Assembly (NCBI GenBank): GCA_036520275.1
Contig: DATDJX010000444.1
Location: 1 to 56,871 of the forward strand
Direction of reading: 5' to 3'
DNA: 56,871 nt
DNA from: Asanoa sp.
GTDB taxonomy: Bacteria; Actinomycetota; Actinomycetes; Mycobacteriales; Micromonosporaceae
A program made the translations under genes and the position numbers. Under the pieces are notes generated by a model. That model was not told the origin of the DNA. It did not search any database and saw only the letters and a list, made by a program, of their open reading frames with translations. Shown here one piece after another: positions 40,007-50,013 of the stretch. The stretch's first letter is position 1. Each line of letters opens with the position of its first letter.

Positions 40007-42829
40007 CTAAGCGGACGCGTCCATCGCGTCCAGCGCCCGGGCCAGCTCCAGCCGCGAGGAGACCCGCACCTTGCCGTAGATGCGTGACAGGTAGACCTCG
40101 ATGCTGCGCGGGCTGTAGTGCAGGGCGGCCGCGATCTCCCGGTTGCGCATGCCCTGCTGGACCAGGCGCGCGACCCGCTCTTCCGACTCGGTGAGCAGCC
40201 CGGGCGACCGTGACCGGCTGCGGGGCACCTTCTGGCCCAGCTCGTGCAGGCGCCGGCCGGCGCGGCGACGCAGGCCGTGCGCACCCAGGCGGGCAAAGGT
40301 CCGGTACGCGTCGACCAGGTCGTCGCCGGCGTCGCCGGTCGCCTCGCCGAGGGCGAGCTGCGCGCGGGCCCGCTCGAACACGAGCCCGCCGGCCTCGGCC
40401 TCCCGGACCGCCCGGGCGAGCGCGTCCACGTCCCGGCGCACCGTGCCGACCGTGCGGTGCAGCGTCGTCTTCGACCACGGGGCGATCTGCGGGGTCGCGA
40501 CCTCGACGAGCGTCTTCAGCGCGGGTTCGGCCTCTTCGGGGCCGCCCGCGTCGAGGTCCAGCTCGACGAGCCGGGAGAGCAGCAGCGTGCCGTACGCAGC
40601 GGTGTGCGCGTCGGTCAGGGCGGCGCGCAGCGTCCGGCGGGCCCGCTCGGCGTCGCCGCTCGCGGCCTGGTACCCGGCGACCGCGTAGGCGTGCAGCTCG
40701 GACATGTTGCGCACCGCGGGCGCCGCGCGTGCCGCCAGCCGGCCGGCCGGCGCGAGCTCGCCCCGCCATGTGCGGATCTCCAGCTCCACCGCGGTCAGGG
40801 CCGCGCCGAGGGTGGCCTGTTCACGGGCCTCCAGCTCCGGCGCGACGACCCGCAGACCGTCCAGCGCCGCGTCCCAACGGCCGCCGAGCCAGTCCAGCAC
40901 GACGCGGCTGAGGCCCCGCTCCGCGGAGAAGGCGTACGGGTTGCCGGCCTCGGCGGCCAGCCGTTCGGCGCGGCGCAGCCGCCACGACGCGTCGTCCACC
41001 AGGCCGGCGAGGGCACCGGTGAACGCGCCCATGGCGAGCGCCTGTAGCTGCAGTGTCGCCGAGTCTCCGGCGGCGCGCAGTGCCCGGTCGGCGAAGTCCA
41101 CGGTCTGGGCATGCCGGCTCGCCGTCGAGGCGAGCATCGCGAGCTGGCCGCAGACCACCACCTCCTCGGCGGGGGAGGCAGGCGTCGCGGCGCCGGCGAC
41201 CTCGGCGGCGTCGAGGGCCTCCGCGCGGCGGCCGGCGACCGCAAGCAGGACGGCGCGCTGGGCGAGCAGGGCCGCGGTGCCTCGGCCCGCCGCGATCTGC
41301 CCGTCGACGATCGCGATCGCCTCGTCGAGCCGGCCGAGGAGCACCAGGCTGCTGACCACGGCCGTCGCGGCGCGGGACCGCTCCTCGCCGGGCGGGAGCA
41401 GCGCCATCGCAGCCAGGCCCGGCGGTACCGCCTCCGCGGGCCGCGACGTGCGCGCGAGTGCGCGGCAGCGTAGGGCGAGCAGGCCCGCCCGCTCCCCGGC
41501 CTCAGGCGGCAGCAGGTCGAGTGCGCGGGCGCAGAAGCCGGCTGCGGCGTCCGGTGCGTCCGACAGGGCACGCCGGGCCGCGTCGGCGAGCACGCCGACC
41601 GCGGTCGGGTCACCGGGTACCGCCGACTCCGACACGTGCCGCGCGAGGTCGAGCAGGTCCACCCCCTCGCCGCGCTCGCGGCGGGCCAGCAGGTGCGCGG
41701 CGACCAGCCCGTGCAGGTGCCGGGCAGCCGCGGGGCCGATCTGCTCGTGGAGCGCGTCCGCAACGATGTCGTGTGCGAAGCGGTAGTGGCCGGCGGGCTC
41801 GGCTCGGACCACGTCGGCGCGGATCAGGTCGTCGAAGGCCGCGGCGACGGCCGTCGCCGAGAGCCCCGCCACCCGCGCGATCAGGTCCATCCGGTCCAGC
41901 TCGACGACGCCCAGCACGGCGAGGGTACGGGCCACGGCCCGCGCATCGGGGCGGAGCGGCATGACCCGCCGGACGACGGCATTGCCGCGGGTAACGCGTA
42001 CGGCGTGCGTAGCGACGGTGAGGCGCGCGGACCCGGCGTCCAGTCCGACCTGGCCCGCGGCGGACATCGAGCGGGCGATCTCCGTCGCGAAGAACGGGTT
42101 CCCGTCCGCGCGGCGGTGCACCTCGGCGGCCAGGTCGTGGTCGGGCGGCGCGCCGAGCACCGGGGTGATCAACATTGCGAGGTCGGCCGGCGGCATCGTG
42201 GCGAGCTCGACCGGCACCATCTCGACGTGGGCGCCGAGGTCCTCCAGCAGCTGGTCGGCCGCCGGGTTCGGCTCGGCCACGTGCGCGCGGAGCGCGGCGA
42301 GCAGCGCGATCGGCGCGGCCGACAGCCTGCGGAGCACGACGGTGAGCAGCGCCAGGGACTCGTCGTCCAGCTCATGGAGGTCGTCGACGACGACCACCAG
42401 CGGCCCCGCGGCGGCCAGCGCGGTGAACAGTCGCGTCACGGTCGCGCACGCCCTGCCGAACACCGCCCCGGGCGGCACGGACGGGGCGGGGTCGTCCAGG
42501 TCGAGCGCGGCGACCGCGTCGCGCCGCAGCCCTTCGGTGTAGGCGTTGTCGACCCTCACCGTGCGCAGCCCGGTGAGCAGCGCCGCGTAGAGCAACCGTC
42601 GCTCCAGCCGGTCGGCGTACACCCGCAACACCCGCCAACGGCGGTCGTTCAGCCGGTTCGCCGCCTCCGCGAGCAGGCGCGACTTGCCGATCCCGGCCTC
42701 GCCGCTCACCGCGACGGCGACCAGCCCGGCGGTCGGTACGCGGTCGACCGAGTCGAGCAGGAGGCGCAGCTCGTCGGCCCGCCCGACGAAGGGCGTGTGG
42801 GAGCGGGTGCCGGAGGGCGGCTCGGCGAT
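40007..42829 (-). CDS. Large AAA-ATPase/LuxR (LAL-type) transcriptional regulator; apparent ATC start
   Basis: FVGRADEL, Walker A GEAGIGKS, VDDLH, GNPFF, C-terminal LuxR HTH; frame open to ATC 42829 behind GAGGAGG. Confidence 0.85.
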   Translation of the reverse strand: MAEPPSGTRSHTPFVGRADELRLLLDSVDRVPTAGLVAVAVSGEAGIGKSRLLAEAANRLNDRRWRVLRVYADRLERRLLYAALLTGLRTVRVDNAYTEGLRRDAVAALDLDDPAPSVPPGAVFGRACATVTRLFTALAAAGPLVVVVDDLHELDDESLALLTVVLRRLSAAPIALLAALRAHVAEPNPAADQLLEDLGAHVEMVPVELATMPPADLAMLITPVLGAPPDHDLAAEVHRRADGNPFFATEIARSMSAAGQVGLDAGSARLTVATHAVRVTRGNAVVRRVMPLRPDARAVARTLAVLGVVELDRMDLIARVAGLSATAVAAAFDDLIRADVVRAEPAGHYRFAHDIVADALHEQIGPAAARHLHGLVAAHLLARRERGEGVDLLDLARHVSESAVPGDPTAVGVLADAARRALSDAPDAAAGFCARALDLLPPEAGERAGLLALRCRALARTSRPAEAVPPGLAAMALLPPGEERSRAATAVVSSLVLLGRLDEAIAIVDGQIAAGRGTAALLAQRAVLLAVAGRRAEALDAAEVAGAATPASPAEEVVVCGQLAMLASTASRHAQTVDFADRALRAAGDSATLQLQALAMGAFTGALAGLVDDASWRLRRAERLAAEAGNPYAFSAERGLSRVVLDWLGGRWDAALDGLRVVAPELEAREQATLGAALTAVELEIRTWRGELAPAGRLAARAAPAVRNMSELHAYAVAGYQAASGDAERARRTLRAALTDAHTAAYGTLLLSRLVELDLDAGGPEEAEPALKTLVEVATPQIAPWSKTTLHRTVGTVRRDVDALARAVREAEAGGLVFERARAQLALGEATGDAGDDLVDAYRTFARLGAHGLRRRAGRRLHELGQKVPRSRSRSPGLLTESEERVARLVQQGMRNREIAAALHYSPRSIEVYLSRIYGKVRVSSRLELARALDAMDASA

Positions 42830-42961
42830 GGGTCACCTCCTCGCTGGTGACCGGGCCAATCTAGCCGGTCCAAACTGTTGCGGATTCCCAACTCGACCGC
42901 GGCGAACGCCGGTGGTGCGATCGGCTGTGAGTGGTCCCGACGAGCCGAGGTGAGGGCGACA

Positions 42962-44179
42962 ATGGCGATCCAGGGAACGTGCGAGCCGAGGTTCGCGCGG
43001 GTACGCGAGGAGTTTGAGCGCAACTTCGCCGAGCGCGGCGAGGTCGGGGCGTCGGTTTGCGTGACGGTGGACGGGGAGCCGGTCGTCGACCTGTGGGGCG
43101 GGGACGCCGACCCGGCCGCGGGTCGCGCCTGGGACCGCGACACCATCGGCCATGTCTGGTCGGCCACCAAGGGAGCGACGGCCCTGTGCGCGCACATGCT
43201 GGCGTCGCGGGGGCGGCTCGACCTCAACGCACCCGTGGCCCGGTACTGGCCCGAGTTCGCCAAGAACGGCAAGGATGGGATCCTCGTCCGGCACCTGCTC
43301 AACCACCAGGCCGGGCTGCCGGCGGTGCGTGAGCCGCTGGCCGCGGGCTGCTTCTACGACTGGTCGCTGATGGTCGACGCGCTCGCCCGGGAGGAGCCGT
43401 TCTGGCGGCCCGGAACCCGCAACGGCTACCACGCGCTGACGTTCGGCTACCTGGTGGGCGAGGTGATCAAGCGGATCGACGGGCGGACGCTGGGTGCCTT
43501 CTTCCGCGACGAGGTCGCGGGCCCGCTGGGGCTGGACTTCTGGCTCGGCCTGCCCGCCGAGCACGAGGGGCGGGTCGCGCCCACGATCCCGGCGGCGCCG
43601 CCCGGCCCCGGCGACCCGGTCCCGAGCTTCTACGTGGCTGCCTTGACCGACCCGACCTCCGTTCAGGCGCTGGTGCTGGCCAACACCGGCGGCTACATGC
43701 TGCTGCCCGGCGAGTCGGACACCCGCGCGGCCCACGCGGCGGAGTTCGGCGCCGTCGGCGGGATCACCAACGCGCGGGGGTTGGCCGGGATGTACCGGGC
43801 CCTGGCGTTGGGCGGGGCGCCGCTCGTGGACCCCGGACACCTCGCGGTGATGGGCGCGGTCAGCTCGGCCACCTCGGTCGACGCGGTGCTGCTGGTGCCG
43901 TCCCGGTTCACGCTGGGGTTCGTGAAGACCGCGGACAACCGGTACCTGCCGGTCGCCGACCGGGAAGGCGTCCTCATGAGCGAGGATGCGTTCGGGCACG
44001 TCGGCATGGGCGGCTCGCACGGCTTCGCCGACCCGCGGGCCCGGCTCTCGTTCGGATACACGATGAGCCGGCAAGGCACCGGCCTCGGCGTCAACGAACG
44101 CGGCCAGTCTCTGATCGATACCGTGTACGCGGCCATCGGCCACCGCCGCGTCGACGACGGCGGCCCCTGGTACGCGTGA
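42962..44179 (+). CDS. Serine hydrolase, beta-lactamase-related (family VIII esterase)
   Basis: WSATK (SxxK), LLNHQAGL, GYHALTFG, FGHVGMGGS. Confidence 0.9.
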   Translation: MAIQGTCEPRFARVREEFERNFAERGEVGASVCVTVDGEPVVDLWGGDADPAAGRAWDRDTIGHVWSATKGATALCAHMLASRGRLDLNAPVARYWPEFAKNGKDGILVRHLLNHQAGLPAVREPLAAGCFYDWSLMVDALAREEPFWRPGTRNGYHALTFGYLVGEVIKRIDGRTLGAFFRDEVAGPLGLDFWLGLPAEHEGRVAPTIPAAPPGPGDPVPSFYVAALTDPTSVQALVLANTGGYMLLPGESDTRAAHAAEFGAVGGITNARGLAGMYRALALGGAPLVDPGHLAVMGAVSSATSVDAVLLVPSRFTLGFVKTADNRYLPVADREGVLMSEDAFGHVGMGGSHGFADPRARLSFGYTMSRQGTGLGVNERGQSLIDTVYAAIGHRRVDDGGPWYA

Positions 44180-44185
44180 CGGCCG

Positions 44186-44659
44186 CTACTTCGTGGCGAG
44201 CGTGATGGTCGCCAGGTCGTACTCGCGCACGGCCTCCTCCAGCTCGGCGACGGTGGGTGTCCGGCGGACCGTGACCGTGAGCCCGACGCGGCGCCGCGCG
44301 GCCTGCCAGCCGGTGCCCTCGATGACCCGACGCAGGGTGGCGGCCACGGAGCGGGGCTGCTCATCGAGGTCGACACGCATCGTCCGACGACGCCCTGCGT
44401 GCGTCACCTCGAGGTCGTGGACGCCGCGGAGGTTGGCCCGCCAGGAGTGCTGGGTGACGACGACGAAACGCCCGTCGAGCTCGACGTACCCGACTGGAAT
44501 GTCGTAGCGGCGACCCGTCCTGCGCCCGGTGACGTGCAGCATGAGCAGCGCGCCGTCGACAGTGGCGTGCAGCGGCGAGCGCAGCACGGCCCGCACGACC
44601 GGGTTCGCGGCGGTGACGAGCCGCTGCGGAGGAGTGCTGCGGCTGACGGCGGTGGTCAT
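44186..44659 (-). CDS. Deazaflavin-dependent nitroreductase (DDN)-like split-barrel protein
   Basis: VTGRRTGRRYDIPV, WRANL; RBS AAGGGG. Confidence 0.65.
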   Translation of the reverse strand: MTTAVSRSTPPQRLVTAANPVVRAVLRSPLHATVDGALLMLHVTGRRTGRRYDIPVGYVELDGRFVVVTQHSWRANLRGVHDLEVTHAGRRRTMRVDLDEQPRSVAATLRRVIEGTGWQAARRRVGLTVTVRRTPTVAELEEAVREYDLATITLATK

Positions 44660-44848
44660 CGCGATCCCCCTTCCGGTTGCGGGAACGCGTTCCCGATCAT
44701 CAGTGTTCTGCGGACGGCGCGCGGACGCATGGGTCTTGGGTCCCGACGTGGCCGGGCCTGACGACTCTCTGGCTGACGGTGCGACGGTCGCCCGTCGATC
44801 GCGCAAGCCGGTGCGGCCGGCGGACCGGCTGGGGTACCCTGCGAATCT

Positions 44849-45352
44849 ATGCGATCCGGGCCGGTCGTCATCGGCTTCGACGGGACGATCGCGGCGCAGC
44901 GGGCGCTCCGCGAGTCGGCGGCCCTGCTGGCACCCCGCCCGGCCCTGGTGGTCGTGGTCTGGGAGGCCGGGCGCGCGTTCGAGATCGCGACGCTGCCCAA
45001 CCGTGCGCTGGAGATGCCACCGGTGTCGGTCGACGTCCGCGCCGCTCTCGATGCGGAGGAGGTCGCGTACGAGGCGGCCGAGCGGCTGGCCCAGCAGGGA
45101 GCGGCGCTCGCCTCGGAGCTCGGCTACCAGGCCGAGGGGCTGGCCGTGGCGGACGACATGACCGTGGCGGACACGCTCGTGCGGGTCGCCACCGAGCGGG
45201 ACAGCCCGGCGCTGGTGGTCGGGTCGCACGGGCGGCGGGGGCTGACCTCGGCCCTGTTGGGCAGCACCTCGAACGGCGTCGTGGACAAGGCGCCCTGCCC
45301 GGTGGTGGTCGTCCGGACCGACCCGCGCCGCAAGAACCGCGACGGTCGGTGA
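44849..45352 (+). CDS. Universal stress protein
   Basis: VIGFDG, VVGSHGRRGL..LLGSTS, PCPVVVV. Confidence 0.9.
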   Translation: MRSGPVVIGFDGTIAAQRALRESAALLAPRPALVVVVWEAGRAFEIATLPNRALEMPPVSVDVRAALDAEEVAYEAAERLAQQGAALASELGYQAEGLAVADDMTVADTLVRVATERDSPALVVGSHGRRGLTSALLGSTSNGVVDKAPCPVVVVRTDPRRKNRDGR

Positions 45353-45541
45353 CCGGCCGGTGGCCGGCTTTGGACCGTACCGTCCCTTGTGAGCCAATTT
45401 TGCGGCGCCTGATCGCGACGTCGTCGCCGCTTGCGCTCGCTGGCGTGTCGACACGCCGATGCGATGCGCATGGGGCCGCTGGGGCGTCGGCTACAGTCGG
45501 GGCTCCGGCGGTGCGCGGTCGTCGGGAGGGGGCGGGCTGAG

Positions 45542-46471
45542 ATGGCGCAAAACGGTGACCGTGCCGAGGCGTGGACCTCCACGCTCCGTGAGCAGCAGGC
45601 CTCCCTCGACCTCGGCGCCGAGCTCGGCCCCGCCGACCCGGCCGCCTACACGATGCGCCGGCCGATCCCCGAGCCGATGCCCACCGACCGGCACGGCCCG
45701 GCGCGGATCATCGCGATGGCCAACCAGAAGGGTGGCGTCGGCAAGACCACGACGACCATCAACCTCGGCGCGGCGATCGCGGAGTACGGCCGGCGGGTGC
45801 TGCTGGTCGACTTCGACCCGCAGGGCGCCCTGTCCGTCGGTCTCGGCGTCAACCCGCACAACCTCGACCTGTCCGTCTACAACCTGCTGATGCAAGACGA
45901 CGTCACCGCGGAAGACGTGCTCATCAAGACCGACGTGGCGGGGCTGCACCTGCTGCCGGCCAACATCGACCTGTCGGCGGCCGAGATCCAGCTCGTCAAC
46001 GAGGTCGCCCGGGAGATGGCGCTCGCGCGGGTGCTCCGGACGGTCCGCAGGGAGTACGACTACATCCTCATCGACTGCCAGCCCTCGCTCGGGCTGCTCG
46101 CGATCAACGCGCTGACCGTCGCGCACGGCGTGCTCATCCCGCTCGAGTGCGAGTTCTTCAGCCTGCGCGGCGTGGCCCTGCTGCTGGACACCATCGACAA
46201 GGTGCGCGAGCGGCTCAACTTCGACCTCGAGCTCGAGGGCATCCTGGCGACGATGTACGACAGCCGCACCACCCACTGCCGGCAGGTGCTGCAGCGGGTG
46301 GTCGAGGCGTTCGGCGACAAGGTCTACCAGACCGTGATCACCAAGACCGTGAAGTTCCCCGAGTCGACCGTGGCGGGAGCGCCGATCACGACGCTCGACC
46401 CGGCCTCCTCCGGCGCCCGCAACTACCGGCAGCTCGCGCGCGAGGTCATCGCGCAGCAAGACGAGCGGTGA
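45542..46471 (+). CDS. ParA/Soj-family ATPase
   Basis: NQKGGVGKTT, DFDPQG, IDCQPSLG; lies upstream of scpAB. Confidence 0.93.
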   Translation: MAQNGDRAEAWTSTLREQQASLDLGAELGPADPAAYTMRRPIPEPMPTDRHGPARIIAMANQKGGVGKTTTTINLGAAIAEYGRRVLLVDFDPQGALSVGLGVNPHNLDLSVYNLLMQDDVTAEDVLIKTDVAGLHLLPANIDLSAAEIQLVNEVAREMALARVLRTVRREYDYILIDCQPSLGLLAINALTVAHGVLIPLECEFFSLRGVALLLDTIDKVRERLNFDLELEGILATMYDSRTTHCRQVLQRVVEAFGDKVYQTVITKTVKFPESTVAGAPITTLDPASSGARNYRQLAREVIAQQDER

Positions 46472-47373
46472 CCGCCGCCGTCACGGCGGTCGACTACGTT
46501 CGAGAGGTGACCGCTGCGCCATCGCTACCGGACGATTCGGGCATTACGCCTGAATCGCCAGGTTTCATGGTGCGCTTGTCGAACTTCGAGGGCCCGTTCG
46601 ACCTGCTGCTGCAGCTGATCGGCAAGCACAAGCTCGACGTCACCGAGGTGGCATTGCACCGGGTGACCGACGAGTTCATCTCGTACATCCGGGGGATGGG
46701 CGACGACTGGGACCTCGACGAGGCCAGTGAGTTCCTCGTCGTGGCGGCGACGCTGCTCGACCTCAAGGCCGCCCGGCTGCTGCCCGCCGCGTCGGTCGAG
46801 GACGTCGAGGACCTGGCGCTGCTCGAGGCACGCGATCTGCTCTTCGCCCGGCTGCTGCAGTACAAGGCGTTCAAGGAGGCCGCCGGGGTCATCTCGGCCC
46901 TGGCGGCCGAGGGGGCGCGGCGCTGGCCGCGGGCGGTGTCGCTGGAGCCGCGATACGCCGACGCGCTGCCCGAGCTGGTGCTGGGCATCGGCCCGGCGCG
47001 GCTGCTGGCGCTGGCCGTTCGCGCCATGACGCCGAGGGTCGCGCCCACGCTGTCGATCGCGCACCTCCACGAGGTACGGGTCAGCGTGCGCGAGCACGCC
47101 ATGCTGCTGCGGGACCGGCTCCGCTGGACTCGCGCGGCCAGCTTCCGCGTGCTGACCGCCGACTGCGAGAGCACCCTGGAGGTGGTGGCGCGGTTCCTGG
47201 CGCTGCTGGAGCTCTACCGGGAGAACCTGGTGGGTTTCGAGCAGATCGAGGCGCTGGGCGAGCTGACCGTACGGTGGACGGGCGCCTCGTTCGCCGATGG
47301 CGAGCTGGATTTCGACGAGTACGCCGGCACCCCCGCGCGGCCGGCGCCGGAGCGAGCGGAGCAGGAGCAATAG
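46468..47373 (+). CDS. scpA: Segregation/condensation protein A (kleisin)
   Basis: FEGPFDLLLQLI, EFLVVAATLLDLKA, FLALLEL; start uncertain. Confidence 0.93.
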   Translation: MTAAVTAVDYVREVTAAPSLPDDSGITPESPGFMVRLSNFEGPFDLLLQLIGKHKLDVTEVALHRVTDEFISYIRGMGDDWDLDEASEFLVVAATLLDLKAARLLPAASVEDVEDLALLEARDLLFARLLQYKAFKEAAGVISALAAEGARRWPRAVSLEPRYADALPELVLGIGPARLLALAVRAMTPRVAPTLSIAHLHEVRVSVREHAMLLRDRLRWTRAASFRVLTADCESTLEVVARFLALLELYRENLVGFEQIEALGELTVRWTGASFADGELDFDEYAGTPARPAPERAEQEQ

Positions 47374-47375
47374 GC

Positions 47376-48599
47376 GTGTCCGAGGAACGCGAGTCGCTCG
47401 CCGACCAGGCCGCGGCCTGGGTCCCGCCCTGGGACCGCGCCCGCCAGCAGGAGCCCGTGGACGCCACCGCCGCGATGCCCGAGCCGGGCGGGCCGGCCGG
47501 TGCCATGCCGCCGGCTGCTTCCGAGCCGGGCGGGTCGGCCGGTGCCATGCCGCCGGCTGCTCCCTAGCCGGGCGGACCGGCCGGTGCCATGCCGCCCGCC
47601 GCCACGCCGGTGCCGGGTCAGGACGACCCGGTGGACGGCCCCGACGCGCCCGCGCCGCTGGCAGGCGCTCTCGACGACCGTTCGGTAGAGCCGGTCGCGA
47701 CGCCCGATCTGGCCGCGATGGTCGCGGCTGCTGTGGCCGAGGCCGACACCCCTTCCGCGGCGACCACCGACGCCGACGCCTCGGCGATGTCCGACATTTC
47801 GTCCACTGAGCCTCGGGATGCTTCCGGCCCGGTCGAGGCGGAGATCGGCGACCCTCCGTATGACGCCGGGACAGCGGACGGGGAGCTGAGGAGCATGCCC
47901 GTACCCTCTGATCTCGACCGTGCCGCGGACCGACCCGCGTCGGACGGCCGTGACCGTGCCGCGGTCGGACCCGCGTCCGCCGCCCCCGATCTCGAGGCGG
48001 ACGGGCCCGCACCTGACGGCCGAGATGCGGGACCGACCGCGCTGGCGTTGGTCCACGAGGACGAGTTGCGCGGGGCCCTGGAGGCGATCCTGCTCGTCGT
48101 GGACGAGCCGGTGCCGGAGGTCGTCCTCGCGCAGATCGTGGAACAGCCGACGGAGCGCGTGGTAGCGGCGCTCGAAGCGGTCGCGGCCGGGTACACCGAT
48201 GCCGGGCGCGGCTTCGAGCTGCGTCGGGCGGCGGGCGGGTGGCGGCTCTACACGCGGCCGCAGTACGCGACGTACGTCGAGCGCTTCGTCCTGGACGGGC
48301 AGCGCGCGCGCCTGACCCAGGCCGCGCTGGAGACGCTCGCCGTCGTCGCCTACCAGCAGCCGGTGACCCGGTCGCGCATCTCGGCCATCCGCGGCGTCAA
48401 CTGCGACGGCGTGATCCGCACGCTGACCAGCCGCGGCCTGGTCGAGGAGTGCGGCACGGAGCCGGAGAGCGGCGCGTACCTCTACCGCACGACCACCCTG
48501 TTCCTCGAGAAGCTCGGCCTCGACAGCGTCGCCGAGTTGCCGCCGCTGGCGCCATTCCTGCCCGACGACGTCGACGAGGTGGCCGATGCCGGGCGCTGA
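47376..48599 (+). CDS. scpB: SMC-Scp subunit ScpB; long N-terminal extension interrupted by an in-frame TAG (47565-47567), with in-frame restart ATG 47589
   Basis: LEAILLV, LTQAALETLAVVAY.QPVTR..I..IRGV, LPPLAP; GTG 47376 is in frame with 47589. Confidence 0.88.
47478..47603 (+). repeat. 42-bp tandem repeat (about 3 copies) in the scpB 5' region
   Basis: ATGCCGCC recurs at 47505, 47547 and 47589; unit encodes MPPAA(S/P)EPGGxAGA. Confidence 0.9.
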
Positions 48600-49317
48600 G
48601 CGGCTGCAGAAGGTCCTCGCCGCCGCGGGCGTCGGCTCCCGGCGGGCGTGCGAGGACCTGATCTTCCGCGGCCGGGTGACGGTCGACGGGAAGGTCGCCC
48701 AGCTCGGTGACAAGGTCGATCCGGCGACGGCCGTCATCCACGTCGACGGCCAGCGGGTGGTCGCCGAGGGCACGATGGTCTACCTCGCGATGAACAAGCC
48801 GCGCGGGGTGGTGTCGACGATGGCCGACGAGAAGGGGCGTACGGCACTCAACGACTTCCTCGGCCGGGTCGAGGAGCGGGTCTACCACGTCGGCCGACTC
48901 GACGCCGACAGCGAGGGGCTGCTCTTGCTGACCAACGACGGCACGCTCGCCCACCGGCTGACCCATCCCTCGTTCGGGGTGCCCAAGACGTACGTCGTCG
49001 AGGTGCCCGGGCCATTGCCGCGCGCCGTCGGACGGCGGTTGCTAGCAGGCGTGGAGTTGGACGACGGTCCGGCGAGGGTCGACTCGTTCCGGCTGGTCGG
49101 CGCCGTGGACCGCACCGCGCTGGTGGAGCTGGTGTTGCACGAGGGGCGCAACCACATCGTGCGCCGCCTGATGGTCGAGGTCGGGCACCCGGTGCAGCGC
49201 CTGGTACGCACGGCGATCGGTCCGATCAAGCTCGGCGACCTGCGACCGGGCCGCACCCGGCGGCTCACCAACGCCGAGGTGGCGGCCCTGTTCAAGGCGG
49301 TTGGCGACCCGTCCTGA
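48586..49317 (+). CDS. rluB: 23S rRNA pseudouridine synthase (RluB-like)
   Basis: ERLQKVLA S4 domain, GRLD, EGRNHIVRR. Confidence 0.9.
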   Translation: MPGAERLQKVLAAAGVGSRRACEDLIFRGRVTVDGKVAQLGDKVDPATAVIHVDGQRVVAEGTMVYLAMNKPRGVVSTMADEKGRTALNDFLGRVEERVYHVGRLDADSEGLLLLTNDGTLAHRLTHPSFGVPKTYVVEVPGPLPRAVGRRLLAGVELDDGPARVDSFRLVGAVDRTALVELVLHEGRNHIVRRLMVEVGHPVQRLVRTAIGPIKLGDLRPGRTRRLTNAEVAALFKAVGDPS

Positions 49318-49350
49318 CCTGCCGCTCGCGGCGCCAGGCAGAATGGATGG

Positions 49351-50013
49351 GTGAGTCGAGAAGTCATGCGGTGCGTGATTGCCGTCGACGGCCCGTCCGG
49401 ATCCGGCAAGTCCACCGTCTCGCGGCGGCTGGCCGTCGCGCTGGACGCCCGTTACCTCGACACCGGGGCGATGTACCGGGCGGTGACCTGGGCGGCACTG
49501 CGATCCGGCGTCGACCCGACCGACCCGGACGGGGTGACCAAGATCGCCGGCGAGCTCGACCTCGTGATCGGGACGGATCCGACGGATCCGCACATCCGGG
49601 CCGACGGCCTCGACGTCGACGTCGAGATCCGTGCGCCGGAGGTGACGGCCGCCGTGTCGGCGGTCGCCGCGGTTCCCGCGGTACGGCAGATCCTCGTCGC
49701 CCAGCAGCGGGCGGTAATCGCCGGCGTGCCGCGGATCGTCGTGGAAGGGCGTGACATCGGCACGGTCGTCGCTCCCGACGCCGACCTGAAGGTCTACCTG
49801 ACGGCGACCCCCGACGCGCGCGCCTGGCGGCGCAGCACGGAGACTGCGTCCGATGTGGACAGCACCGCCGCCGACCTGGCCCGGCGCGACCGGTTCGACT
49901 CGACCCGCGCGGTCTCGCCGTTGCAGCGGGCGCCCGACGCGGTCGTGCTCGACACGACCGGGCTGGGCATCGACGAGGTCGTCGCCCGGCTCCGCTCCCT
50001 GGTGCCCGCGTGA
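49351..50013 (+). CDS. cmk: Cytidylate kinase
   Basis: [27 protein letters not shown]. Confidence 0.95.
   Translation: MSREVMRCVIAVDGPSGSGKSTVSRRLAVALDARYLDTGAMYRAVTWAALRSGVDPTDPDGVTKIAGELDLVIGTDPTDPHIRADGLDVDVEIRAPEVTAAVSAVAAVPAVRQILVAQQRAVIAGVPRIVVEGRDIGTVVAPDADLKVYLTATPDARAWRRSTETASDVDSTAADLARRDRFDSTRAVSPLQRAPDAVVLDTTGLGIDEVVARLRSLVPA

Noticed and set aside
42962-44179. True beta-lactamase
   Set aside because: No signal peptide; motifs and catabolic context fit a family VIII esterase
47478-47603. Repeat as a CRISPR array, or the TAG as pyrrolysine
   Set aside because: No unique spacers or cas genes, the repeat is coding, and there are no pyl genes; GAG>TAG explains it
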